From Macrostomum lignano (lineage: Eukaryota): a DNA stretch of 64,000 bases. Each line of letters starts with the position of its first letter. Position 1 is the first letter of the stretch. The stretch covers positions 186,001-250,000 of the forward strand of contig NIVC01000391.1 in the NCBI GenBank assembly GCA_002269645.1, in the 5' to 3' direction. Below, piece after piece: positions 1 through 11,643 of the stretch. The notes under the pieces were generated by a model. The model ran no database searches. It was not told the origin of the DNA and saw only the letters and a program-made list of their open reading frames with translations. A program made the translations under genes and the position numbers.

Positions 1-910
1 TTCACCTGCAGAAACTGCACCTGCCTGCACAGTTGCCTACAAAAATAGAACAACCGGATTGCCATCTGCATCTGTTAGAGCTTTAACAGTGAGCGCTTGA
101 TTGCTATGCGTGTGGACTTTGAAGCGTCATCTTCTGTATGGCTAAAAATAGCACAGGCAGATATGCAGTTTCTGGGCTTTCGCCTTTGTGGCGCAACCCA
201 GGGCCAAGCGTCACTCCGCTAATTTGAGGCAATCTATAGCTAAAAATAGACCTGCGCTTGGGCAGCATAAATCTGCCGCCCCGGAGCGCCCTGAGGCCTC
301 CAAGCGGAGAGCGCAGGCCAGTTGGATCTGCTTTCACAAGTCGGCTGACACCATGACCGACTGGAAGTGGGTCCTGTCGAAGAACAAGTGTCCCCTCTAA
401 CTCGCTTACTTCGTCAATGCCGCGGCTTTCAAGTCCGCGGCGTCGCCAATTCTCCATCTGAAGCCTCTCGCTTCGGTTCCGGAGGGCGCCAACGCTCGGA
501 CACCAGCGACCCCGCAATCACACCGTCCGGTGTGCTCAGGGGTGTCCAGTTGGCCGCTCTCTGGGACCACAGCTGGTCTCGCAGTCCACGCAGCTCCCAG
601 CAGGTGTCTCGGGCTGTGCAAATCCGAATGCAGCTCGGGACTCTGTGAACTGGGACTGAGGGCGCGCCAGCTGTGGAAGCAGACTGATCGACTGCTGCCT
701 CCGGGGCCGAGCGAGACTCCCCTACCTGTGAAACTTAAAAGTTTCTCCCGGCTTGATGCTCTGTTTTTGAAGCAAATTTTCTGCATGCTGATGCTGCAAT
801 TCTGCTACTCAGCCGCGATGTGGAACAGTTTAATTATCGTTTAATCGATTCCGGAAGATGGGTGCATGGCTGGGATGCTTGCAACGTGAGAGTATGCAGA
901 TTTTCCATGA

Positions 911-1005
911 GAGTACATCAGAGTATATCGGAGTACATCAGAGTACATTGGAGTACATCAGAGTACATTGGAGTACATCAGAGTACATCAGAGTACATCA
1001 GAGTA
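911..1005. repeat. 10-bp tandem repeat (GAGTACATCA)n, ~9.5 units
   Basis: Read directly; variants GAGTACATTG and GAGTATATCG. Confidence 0.9.
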
Positions 1006-2117
1006 TGGGTTGATACTCGTAAGTTGCTTTGCCATCTTTGTCTGCAGAATTTAGAGTTCGGTGAGTGGCCAAGTTATTCTGTGCTGTGATGCTATCTAGT
1101 GAGCCTTGAGTCCATTGAGTTAGTCATGAGTCTGTAAGGATTTAAAGTAAATAAAAGGAAAGTAAAAGAGCTGGGCGGTTGTTCTTATTTTATTTAATCA
1201 AAAGTAAGAAGTATGGAGAAGTAGTAAGGAAGTAAAGATTATCCGCTGTGGGCACCGTATATTTATAGCCATCAGGAGCATCATCGGAAACTTCTAGAAA
1301 ATTCTAAGCATTATAACAAAACAAATATTAATTATTTGATTCCTATTAGATTTGCATTAATTGTAGTACTGCTTTACTGTAAAAAATTATACATTGAATA
1401 ATTATAAATGCGAGTATTGAAATTAGTTACTGTGAGAGAATATTTCGAGAATTTAATTTGATTATTTAGAAATTAAATAATTCAAATGCCTCGAACTTTC
1501 GCGAAGGTCACTACAAGTGCACTGAGGGAGTCATGAGTCCATTAAGGGAGCTGTGAATCCATTGAGCGAGTCATGAGTCGGAATTCAGCTAGAGAGACTG
1601 AGATGCAGCTTGTAATGCGGGTTTTCCTACTTTCATTAGTAGCATACTTTAGACATAAGCGGAATTTTTCAACCCGGAAGCTTGCAGGGCCTGTTGTTCG
1701 CGTGAGGTTGCAACTTGACCCCAGGCCTTAGTTCACAATTCTCGCGGAACTGGTTGGAATTATAAAAATAATATTTACAGAGAGCAATTTGATAGATTTT
1801 GATCGCAGGTGCGGGAATACAGGCTGGAGTGACGGATTCAGGCAACAGGTTTTTTATCTTGTTTTCTGTTGATGAGGGTGTTTTCGTGTCAGTTTATACT
1901 ACGCGTATAATTTATACGCGATCCCATTTTGGAATCCCATCTGTTAATCTGTGAAACATTTTTAAAAGTGATAAATTGATTTTTAAAATTGCTACAGTTG
2001 ACGCCATTTCGGTAAATGAGAATGTTTGTGTCATTCACCATTTCTAAGAAAAGAGAATATCGTAGTGACTCAAAATTTCTGTGACTCAACCAGTTTTTAT
2101 AACAATTCACAATTGCG

Positions 2118-3071
2118 GTGAATGAGAGTTGTTACAGTGACTCACGATTGTGGTGAATGAGAGTTGTTACAGTGACTCACGATTGTGGTGAATGAGAGTT
2201 GTTACACTGACTCACGATTGTGGTGAATGAGAGTTGTTACACTGACTCACGATTGTGGTGAATGAGAGTTGTTACAGTGACTCACAGTTGTGGTGAATGA
2301 GAGTTGTTACAGTGACTCACAGTTGTGGTGAATGAGAGTTGTTACAGTGACTCACGATTGTGGTGAATGAGAGTTATTACACTGACTCACGATTGTGGTG
2401 AATGAGAGTTGTTACAGTGACTCACGATTGTGGTGAATGAGAGTTGTTACAGTGACTCACAGTTGTGGTGAATGAGAGTTGTTACAGTGACTCACAGTTG
2501 TGGTGAATGAGAGTTGTTACAGTGACTCACAGTTGTGGTGAATGAGAGTTGTTACAGTGACTCACGATTGTGGTGAATGAGAGTTGTTACAGTGACTCAC
2601 AGTTGTGGTGAATGAGAGTTGTTACACTGACTCACGATTGTGGTGAATGAGAGTTGTTACAGTGACTCACAGTTGTGGTGAATGAGAGTTGTTACAGTGA
2701 CTCACGATTGTGGTGAATGAGAGTTGTTACAGTGACTCACGATTGTGGTGAATGAGAGTTGTTACAGTGACTCACAGTTGTGGTGAATGAGAGTTGTTAC
2801 ACTGACTCACGATTGTGGTGAATGAGAGTTGTTACAGTGACTCACAGTTGTGGTGAATGAGAGTTGTTACAGTGACTCACAGTTGTGGTGAATGAGAGTT
2901 GTTACAGTGACTCACAGTTGTGGTGAATGAGAGTTGTTACAGTGACTCACGATTGTGGTGAATGAGAGTTGTTACACTGACTCACGATTGTGGTGAATGA
3001 GAGTTGTTACAGTGGCTCACAGTTGTGGTGAATGAGAGTTGTCACAGTGACTCACGATTGTGGTGAATGAG
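2118..3071. repeat. 35-bp minisatellite, 27 units (GTGAATGAGAGTTGTTACAGTGACTCACGATTGTG)
   Basis: Unit starts at 2118 and 3063 are 945 bp apart (27 x 35). All units but one contain TGACTCA. Confidence 0.95.
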
Positions 3072-3385
3072 CATGGTAACACTGGAATATAGTCTAGGGT
3101 CGCATTAAATGTGACAGATACCTGAGCATTTTAGGCAAATGAGAAGCAGGTAAACAAGCTGTGAACCCTATCCTGGCTGTTTGCTGACACGTGATAGCGC
3201 CAGCGATGCCAGGCTCTGCTGCTTCCGCATCCGCGGTGTCCCGTTGCGCCTCTGTGCGACCCCCCCCCCTGCCAGAGTCTCCAACTCCAAACCTCCGCTT
3301 CCAGTGTCAAAGTCAGTGCCGGCCTCAGTTTGGTTGCCACAGCCACAAGACAGACAGACCCAGCTTTCTCAATGGCTGCCCGCTC

Positions 3386-3394
3386 GACCAATCA
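3386..3394 (+). promoter_or_regulatory. Possible CCAAT box (GACCAATCA) ~100 bp upstream of the HDAC ATG
   Basis: Motif match and position only. Confidence 0.25.
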
Positions 3395-3494
3395 CCGTCC
3401 TACCTTGACTCGGCCGCCTCATCTCTTCTCCTTCATCCCGGGACAAAAGCGCTCAGCAGGTGCAGCGCTCGCCAACTGAGCTCGGTTGCCAGTC

Positions 3495-3992
3495 ATGGAC
3501 TCGACGGTGCCACCCGAGGAAGCCAACGGCGGCATCAATCACACGGAGGTGCGCGCCCGCCTGCAGGACTTCCTGCTGACCCGGCGCAGTCGCCAGCAGC
3601 ATCCATCCTCGTCGTCGGAGACCTCTGACGGCGGCGGGGGCGGCAGCGGCAACGAAGGCGGCGCCGGAAGCGCAGGCAGCGGAGGCGGCGAAGGCGGCAG
3701 CGGCGGCGGCCTCAGCTACCGCGACCTGCTGCGGAAGGCGCGCTCCGAGCCAAACCTGAAAGTGCGGGCCGGCTTGATGAAGCCGCGGCCAATTCACGCA
3801 TCCAGCCTCCCGTTCGGCGGAGGCGGCAGCGGCGGCGGCGGTGGTGCCAGTGCAGCAAAGCGGCGCCACCAGCCGTCGGGGAGCGGAGGAGTCGGAGCTT
3901 CAAGCCGCCTGCCGCCGCTGCTGTGGTGCCACGCCTCCATGCCGAACCTGCGCCAGCAGCTGCTGCTTCACCACCACCAGCAGCAGGTGCAG

Positions 3993-4023
<31 letters not shown>

Positions 4024-4553
4024 TTCTCTGGCAGCAGCAGCAGCAGCTTCATCGCAAACACGGAGCCGACCAGTGGATGATGCCGATGCCCGATGAGTCG
4101 CAACTGCCGTTGCTGTCCCTGCCGCTCCCTCCGCTGCCGCCACCGCCGCCACCGCCGCCGCTGCCACCGCTGCACCTGCGCCACCACCGCCTGCCGCGGC
4201 CGCTCAGCCGGACGAACTCGGCGCCGCTGCCCGGCCTGGCGCTGCCTTGGCGCCACCCTGCGCTGCTGCAGTTTCCATCGGCCTCCAGCGCTGCCGCCGC
4301 CGCAGCCGCCACCGCCGCCGCAATGGCAGCCGCCGCCGCCGCCGCCTCCTCGTCGTCCTCGTCGGAGCAGCCGTCGGAGAGCATCGAGCGGACGAGCAGC
4401 ACGCCGGTCATCAACCTGCCGTCGCCCATCGCCGAGGAATCCGTGGGGCCGCCGACTGCCACCGCCGTCGCCTTCGACGCTGGCATGCTGGAGCACCGCT
4501 GTCGCTGCGGCGGGGCGCGCGCGCTGCACCCTGAGTGCCCGGAGCGGCTGGAG
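3495..4553 (+). CDS. HDAC4: Class IIa histone deacetylase, coding exon 1 (N-terminal regulatory region and start of the catalytic domain); model join(3495..4553,6664..7149,7693..8310), ~720 aa
   Basis: MEF2-binding-like motif TEVRARLQDFLLTRR; 14-3-3-type motifs LRKARSEPNLKVR, PLSRTNSAPLP and IERTSSTP; domain start AFDAGMLEHRCRC..HPECPERLE; phase-0 donor GAG|GTAGGG at 4554; in-frame stop at 3477. An upstream exon via the CCAG acceptor at 3492 is possible. Confidence 0.9.
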
Positions 4554-5000
4554 GTAGGGGGGTTGGATGGGCTCAGCTGTGGACGCACCTGTTGACAGAA
4601 TAAATTAATTCGCTTAATTGGGCGCTAGTTAAGACCCGGCAAAACAGTCTCAGCTTGTGTCTGTTCGGCCTTTTAAGTCTAAAAATAGCCGAGTCGCAGC
4701 AGCGCGAGCAGCAAGCAGAGAGGCTTTTCAGTGAAGAAAGCTCTCCGGCTTCTCCTCCGGGGGAAGAAAGCCTTCTGAAGAAAATTTCTTCTGTTTTTAG
4801 ACGCAACCGAATAGGACCGAGGCGCAAACAGGGGCGGGGCGAAAGGATCAGATTGCCAAGCTGGCCGCTTCAACTCAAAGATGCGGCGGGCTCGCAGCTG
4901 ATCTGGCGTAAGAGCGGCAGATCAAAGATTTAGGGCAAGCCTAGAAGGAAGTAACCTCCTGATTGCCGCTTTGTTCGACCTCCTGATACCCAATTTTTAC

Positions 5001-5455
5001 CCAAGAGTGACGCCCTTAAACATCCAAGAGTGACGCCCTTAAACATCCAAGAGTGACGCCCTTAAACATCTAAGAGTGACGCCTCTAAACATCCAAGCTT
5101 GGCGCCCCTAAACACTTTAGTGTGATTGCCTCTGAACATACAAGTGTGACCCCTCTAAACACTAAAGAGTGTTGCTGCTAAACACTCAAGACTGGTGCCG
5201 CTAAACACTCAAGACTGGTGCTGCTAAACACTCAAGACTGGTGCCGCTAAACACTCAAGACTGGTGCCGCTAAACACTCAAGACTGGTGCCGCTAAACAC
5301 TCAAGACTGGTGCCGCTAAACACTCAAGACTGGTGCCGCTAAACACTCAAGACTGGTGCCGCTAAACACTCAAGACTGGTGCCGCTAAACACTCAAGACT
5401 GGCGCGCCTTAACTCCTAAGATTGGCGCCCCTAAACACTTAAGAGTGGCGCCCCT
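5001..5455. repeat. 23-bp minisatellite (CTAAACACTCAAGACTGGTGCCG)n with degenerate edges, HDAC intron 1
   Basis: Near-perfect core at ~5175-5400. Confidence 0.9.
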
Positions 5456-5887
5456 TTGTCACTTTCTCCTTAATAATAAAGTGCTATGTTTTATCATGTG
5501 GATTAGAGGCAATCAGTGTGTGACAAATAGTAGAGTATTATCCATGGCTACTCACTGCAGCCTCAGGCAAAATAATAAGATGGACATCAACGCCACAAAG
5601 GATGAATTTGAGAAGGCGGAGTGCCGGGCACAAAGACGGGGGGTTTATAGATAGCCGCAGCAACACAAAGGGAGGATTGATTGATAGATATGGGCTCGAA
5701 TTATTAAGATGGGCGCGAGAAAGAGTGCAGCGCGGATGGCTTTTCAGGGCGGGGTTGCATTTGTACCGAATACTTTCTTCTCGCAATCGATGGGCATTTT
5801 CTCAAGCATTGATTTTGTTTCTATATTTATTTGCTTCTCTTGTTTGTTGTTGTGTCAGTTTTCATTGTATTTTGTTATTATTTGTTT

Positions 5888-6400
5888 TAATGATGCTGCT
5901 GTTTTTTGCTATGATTTGTTTTAATGATGCTGCTGTTTTTTGCTATGATTTGTTTTAATGAAGTTGCTGTTTTTTTGTTATGATTTGTTTTAACGGTGCT
6001 GTTGCTTTTTGTCATGATTTGTTTTAATGATGGTCTTGTTCCGTTGACTTGTTTTAATGATGCTGTTGCTTTTTGTTATGATTTGTTTTAATGATGCTGT
6101 TGCTTTTTGTTATGATTTGTTTTAATGATGCTGTTGTTTTTTTATATGATTTGTTTTAATGGTGCTGTTGCTTTTTGTTATGATTTGTTTAAATGATGCC
6201 GTTGCTTTTTGATATGATTTGTTTTAATGATGCTGTTGTTTTTTATATGATTTGTTTTAATGATGCTGTTGCTTTTTGATATGATTTGTTTAAATGATGC
6301 CGTTGCTTTTTGATATGATTTGTTTAAATGATGCTGTTGCTTTTTGAAATGATTTGTTTTAATGGTGCTGTTGCTTTTTGTTATGATTTGTTTTAATGAC
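5888..6400. repeat. ~31-33-bp AT-rich minisatellite (ATGATTTGTTTTAATGATGCTGTTGCTTTTTGTT-like), HDAC intron 1
   Basis: Read directly. Confidence 0.85.
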
Positions 6401-6663
6401 GACTGCTGTTCTTTGTGAGGATCTTGTTTGTCTTAGTTTTTTATCCTGTTATTTTTGTTACAATTTTTAACGGTGTTTTTTTGTTTTCTTTGTTGTTTAG
6501 AGACTGAATATTTTAGAGTTCCAGTTAATTTTCACTTCTAGTGATGCCATCTCTTCTTCCGACTTTCGTTTTAATTTTTATTTTTTCAATTGTGGATAAA
6601 AATACTTAATATTGACCAAATAATTTACAAAAAGTCAACCCCAACGCTCTTCTCTTTCTCAAG

Positions 6664-7149
6664 GTGGTGTGGCGCCATCTTGACGAAGCCGGCCTGGTCA
6701 GCCGCTGCGTCCTCGTGCGGCCCCGGCGCGCCACCCTGGAGGAACTGCAGCTGAACCACTCCGACGCCTACTGCGCCCTGCACGCCACGCAGCCGGCGCA
6801 ACGCTCGCACCTCGACCCCGCGCTGCTCGCCGGCTTCCGCGCAGTCAGCCTGCCCTGTGGCGGCCTCGGCGTTGACGAGGACACCGTCTGGACGGAGACG
6901 GGGACGCCGAACGCCTGCCGGCTGGCCGTCGGCGCCCTGCTGGAGCTCTGCCAGCGCATCGCTCTCGGAGACTGCCGCAACGGCCTGGCGCTGGTGCGGC
7001 CGCCCGGCCACCATGCTGGCTGGGACCACCCGCTGGGATACTGCTACTTCAACTCCGTGGCCATCGCCGCCAAGAGCCTCGTGCGCTCCGGCCAGGCCGC
7101 CAAGGTGGCCATCGTCGACTGGGACGTTCACCATGGCAACGGCACGCAG
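6664..7149 (+). CDS. HDAC4: Class IIa HDAC, exon 2 (catalytic domain)
   Basis: Acceptor TTTCTCAAG|GTG; encodes VVWRHL..LPCGG..RPPGHHA..GYCYFNSVAIAA..VDWDVHHGNGTQ; donor CAG|GTGAGA at 7150; 486 nt, phase 0/0. Confidence 0.95.
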
Positions 7150-7169
7150 GTGAGACGAGTCGGTTGAAA

Positions 7170-7488
7170 GTCACACACGCACACAATGAGCACAGCGGCC
7201 TGAGCACACAGTCACACACGCACACAATGAGCACAGCGGCCTAAGCACACAGTCACACACGCACACAATGAGCACAGCGGCCTGAGCACACAGTCACACA
7301 CGCACACAATGAGCACAGCGGCCTGAGCACACAGTCACACACGCACACAATGAGCACAGCGGCCTAAGCACACAGTCACACACGCACACAATGAGCACAG
7401 CGGCCTGAGCACACAGTCACACACGCACACAATGAGCACAGCGGCCTGAGCACACAGTCACACACGCACACAATGAGCACAGCGGCCT
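7170..7488. repeat. 41-bp minisatellite, ~8 units, HDAC intron 2
   Basis: Unit AGTCACACACGCACACAATGAGCACAGCGGCCTGAGCACAC. Confidence 0.9.
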
Positions 7489-7692
7489 GTCGACTTTCTC
7501 ATTGTCAGGTATCTACCGATATTTTGTTTTAACCGAAAATTCAGGATGGATTTGGATTGGATGAATGAAGTGTCCTCAATCTCCCTGCCTATGTTCATAC
7601 ATTACTAAAGTTCATCATGACCTTATTTTCTTAGGGTCGTTGCCTCACCTGCACCCGTACCAACAAAAGTTCATCGTGACCTTCTTTTCCAG

Positions 7693-8310
7693 TCGGCCTT
7701 CTACTCGGACCCGGCCGTGCTGTACATATCGCTGCACCGGTTCGACGACGGCCGCTTCTTCCCCGGCAGCGGCGGCATCGAGGAGGTTGGCCAGGCCGAC
7801 GGCCGCGGCCGCAACGTCAACATTGCCTGGCAGGGCGAGCCGATGGGCGACGCCGAGTACCTGGCCGCCTTCCGCACCCTCGTGCTGCCCATGCTCAACG
7901 AGTTCTCGCCGAGCCTGCTGCTCGTCTCCGCCGGCTTCGACGCGGCCAGGGGGCACCCGAATCACCTGGGCGGCTACCTGGTCAGCCCTGAGTGCTTCGC
8001 CCTGCTGACCGCCCAACTGGCTGCGACCACCCCGAAGCTGCTGCTGGCGTTGGAGGGCGGCTACGACCTGCAGACGCTGCCGCTGTGCGTGGAGGCCTGC
8101 CTGCGGGTGCTGCTGGGCGAGCCGCCGCCCAGCCTGGCCGAGGCCGAGCTGCGCCGCCGGCCGAACGCCAGCTCCGTGGCCACCATCTGCCGGGTGGCCG
8201 AAGTGCACCGGCCCTACTGGGGCCCCTTTCTGCACCTGCTGCTGCCCGACTCCGTGCAGATGAGCGTTGAGGAGGCCACCAGGCTGCTGGGCAGCCTCAG
8301 CTTTGCGTGA
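7693..8310 (+). CDS. HDAC4: Class IIa HDAC, exon 3 (rest of the catalytic domain, stop)
   Basis: Acceptor TTTTCCAG|TCG; encodes SAFYSDPAVLYISLHRFDDGRFFPGSG..VSAGFDAA..LEGGYDL; TGA at 8308-8310. Confidence 0.95.
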   Translation, partial: SAFYSDPAVLYISLHRFDDGRFFPGSGGIEEVGQADGRGRNVNIAWQGEPMGDAEYLAAFRTLVLPMLNEFSPSLLLVSAGFDAARGHPNHLGGYLVSPECFALLTAQLAATTPKLLLALEGGYDLQTLPLCVEACLRVLLGEPPPSLAEAELRRRPNASSVATICRVAEVHRPYWGPFLHLLLPDSVQMSVEEATRLLGSLSFA

Positions 8311-8319
8311 GCTGGGAAG

Positions 8320-9345
8320 AGAGTGACAAATAGAGTGACAAATAGAGTGACAAATAGAGTGACAAATAGAGTGACAAATAGCGTGACAAATAGAGTGACA
8401 AATAGAGTGACTGATAGTGACAAATAGAGTGACTGGTAGTGACAAATAGAGTGACAAATAGAGTGACTGATAGTGACAAATAGAGTGACAAATAGAGTGA
8501 CAAATAGCGTGACAAATAGAGTGACAAATATAGTGACTGATAGTGACAAATAGAGTGACAAATAGAGTGACTGATAGTGACAAATAGAGTGACAAATAGA
8601 GTGACAAATAGAGTGACAAATAGAGTGACAAATAGAGTGACTGATAGTGACAAATAGAGTGACTGATAGTGACAAATAGAGTGACAAATAGAGTGACTGA
8701 TAGTGACAAATAGAGTGACAAATAGAGTGACAAATAGAGTGACTGATAGTGACAAATAGAGTGACAAATAGAGTGACAAATAGAGTGACAAATAGAGTGA
8801 CTGATAGTGACAAATAGAGTGACTGATAGTGACAAATAGAGTGACAAATAGAGTGACTGATAGTGACAAATAGAGTGACAAATAGAGTGACAAATAGAGT
8901 GACTGATAGTGACAAATAGAGTGACAAATAGAGTGACTGATAGTGACAAATAGAGTGACAAATAGAGTGACAAATAGAGTGACAAATAGAGTGACAAATA
9001 GAGTGACTGATAGTGACAAATAGAGTGACTGATAGTGACAAATAGAGTGACAAATAGAGTGACTGATAGTGACAAATAGAGTGACAAATAGAGTGACAAA
9101 TAGAGTGACTGATAGTGACAAATAGAGTGACAAATAGAGTGACAAATAGAGTGACAAATAGAGTGACTGATAGTGACAAATAGAGTGACTGATAGTGACA
9201 AATAGAGTGACAAATAGAGTGACTGATAGTGACAAATAGAGTGACAAATAGAGTGACTGATAGTGACAAATAGAGTGACAAATAGAGTGACTGATAGTGA
9301 CAAATAGAGTGACAAATAGAGTGACAAATAGAGTGCCTGATAGTG
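8320..9345. repeat. Mixed 12-bp (GTGACAAATAGA) / 10-bp (GTGACTGATA) tandem array just 3' of the HDAC stop
   Basis: Read directly; first AATAAA after the stop is at 9358 and a second at 9456. Confidence 0.95.
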
Positions 9346-9849
9346 ACAGGAGTCGCAAATAAAGCATAAAGCATAGGGAAATATAGATTGGCATAATCGT
9401 GACGGAAAGTGACCAAGGGAGTCACAAATCGAGTGACAAATCAAGGGGAAATTAGAATAAAAGACAGAGTGACAACAGAGTTGACAGAGAGTGAGATTCT
9501 AGAGTGCGAAAGGGCTATCAGTTTTAATATTTCTTCAAAAGTCAATGTTTCTTCGCTCGTAAATGGGCGTGTTCGAAAATTTGTATTTCGTGTCAGATTG
9601 TTCAAACCATTTTGCACTTTGGGTTGCAATTTAAATTGAATTCGTTTATAAGGGCCTGGATATGAGTTTATCTAGTAGTTGCCAATTTGACTAAACCAAT
9701 TCGACCAAATCCTTAATAAAAGCGTCTAAAAGTGCATAACCCGTCTTCTAACATTCCCCCACTGTTTTTCAACCTTCATCTATTGTGTCGAATCACGATC
9801 CGGGATTCGAGGGGGGGGGGGCTGCAGATACTCAGGTACAAGAGCAAGA

Positions 9850-10260
9850 CGAGAGTGAAGGAATGAGGAAGTGATCTGCAGGGCAGTCCCGGAAACCCCT
9901 GGTACCCATTGTCTTGAATCTTCCCGTCTCCTGCCACCTGACCTTCCCACAATCACAAGGGTATTCATAAAATCTGTTGGCCCTCTCAGTAACGAATAAC
10001 GCGCGATTCACATCAAATTTATTGTCCACTATGTGTGCTGCTTTTGTAAGTTTTAGCTATAGGAACGCAATTGTGTTTACCTCTTGCTTTTTCGGTTTCT
10101 TTTTCTCAAATATTTTAATTAACTTTCTGTTATCTGACAATACCAAGCTAAGCTTTTTACACCCTGTACAAAATCTTAGTTTCCCTATTTGGCGGTTGAT
10201 GTGTAAAGCACTTTTGGGAAGTTGTGTCTCGTCTTCTGTTTTACCAACAATCAGCTTTGG
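9850..10260 (-). mobile_element. Decayed Penelope-like element fragment (GIY-YIG endonuclease-like)
   Basis: Minus frame reads ...YEYPCDCGKVRWQETGRFKT..., resembling the PLE motif YxIPCxCGKxYIGETGR; YIG is lost and there is an in-frame TAG at 10057-10059. Confidence 0.45.
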
Positions 10261-10404
10261 TTTTAAGTATGTGAATGTAAATTTGCACTTTTACGACTTG
10301 CAACGTGCAACCGGCAGCTGACTCAAAAAGTCTAACCGTCGTGTTAGGTTCAGAAAGAAAGGTAATAGACGAGACAGACTGACTTGCTTAGTTCAGCCCG
10401 ACAA

Positions 10405-10893
10405 TGTACATTCTAAATTGGATAGAATCTTGGGGCAGAGGGACTGGGCGTGAGGTGGGGTTTTCTAGCTTTGTACAATTAGGCTATGTACATTCTAAAT
10501 TGGATAGAATCTTGGGGCAGAGGGACTGGGCGTGAGGTGGGGTTTTCTAGCTTTGTACAATTAGGCTATGTACATTCTAAATTGGATAGAATCTTGGGGC
10601 AGAGGGACTGGGCGTGAGGTGGGGTTGTCTAGCTTTGTACATTCTAAATTGGCTATGTACATTCTAAATTGAATAGAATCTTGGGGCAGAGGGACTGGGC
10701 GTGAGGTGGGGTTGTCTAGCTTTGTACAATTAGGCTATGTACATTCTAAATTGGATAGAATCTTGGGGCAGAGGGACTGGACGTGAGGTGGGGTTGTCTA
10801 GCTTTGTACAATTAGGCTATGTACATTCTAAATTGGATAGAATCTTGGGGCAGAGGGACTGGGCGTGAGGTGGGGTTGTCTAGCTTTGCACAA
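10405..10893. repeat. 82-bp tandem repeat, ~6 units
   Basis: Unit GTACATTCTAAATTGGATAGAATCTTGGGGCAGAGGGACTGGGCGTGAGGTGGGG... Confidence 0.9.
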
Positions 10894-11483
10894 TTATGCA
10901 AAGTACTGGCGTATTCTGAATTGAGAAAATGTTGAACAGAGAGGACAGAGGGGACAAATAGGAGCCGAAGTGAGGGCTGGAAGCAAGTTTTTCAGTAAAA
11001 TCATTGTGCAATATTCGAAAACAAGAAGCGATAAGAATTTAAAGTGAAGTTTTATACCCCTCACAATGTTTTAACTTTTTGTAAGCTACTCGTAGATGTA
11101 CAAGTTTGAATAAATCCTGTTTAGTCGATTAAATGTTCTTTGTTGATGCATTCATTTTAAGCTAGCTTGACCAGCCGTGGCAGCAAAAGTGACTACCTGT
11201 TATTAGCTACCAGTAAGTTTTTCTCGTGATAGTTATTAACCTATTTTTCAGTCTTGTTTTTTGTCCCCAAATTGGCACGCAAAGCTAAGTTTTATAAAAA
11301 TGAATGCATTGTTGTTTCAAGCCTCACTGTCCTGCATCGCTCTCGTCAAAGTCAATTAATTGCCACTGAAATATAGACCACGACGCTTAGACTTCTGACA
11401 AAGGGTCCGCGTTTCAGTAAGCCACTGCTAGTTGTTATTAACATGTAAATCGACCTTCGTTATTGTTATTAGATGCGGGAAAA

Positions 11484-11643
11484 TGGCTGTGGCTAATGGG
11501 ATTGGGGTGGCTGTGTCTAATGGGGTTGGGGTGGCTGTGGCTAATGGGGTTGGGGTGGCTGTGGCTAATGGGGTTGGGGTGGCTGGGGCTAATGGGGTTG
11601 GGTAACGGAGTTTCTGTGGCTAATGGGGTTGGGGTGACTGTGG
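11484..11643. repeat. 24-bp G-rich repeat (GGCTGTGGCTAATGGGGTTGGGGT)n
   Basis: Read directly. Confidence 0.85.

Noticed and set aside
104-844. GC-rich segment with several 70-137-aa ORFs
   Set aside because: No recognisable domain or consistent splice structure; may be a transposon remnant or part of a gene outside the window.
4655-4933. 92-aa ORF in HDAC intron 1 as an alternative exon
   Set aside because: Exons 1 and 2 join seamlessly within the conserved domain (ERLE|VVWRHL), and the ORF has no HDAC similarity.
7645-9444. Long minus-strand ORFs (599, 403 and 365 aa)
   Set aside because: They are stop-free readings of the 12/10-bp array and antisense of HDAC exon 3.
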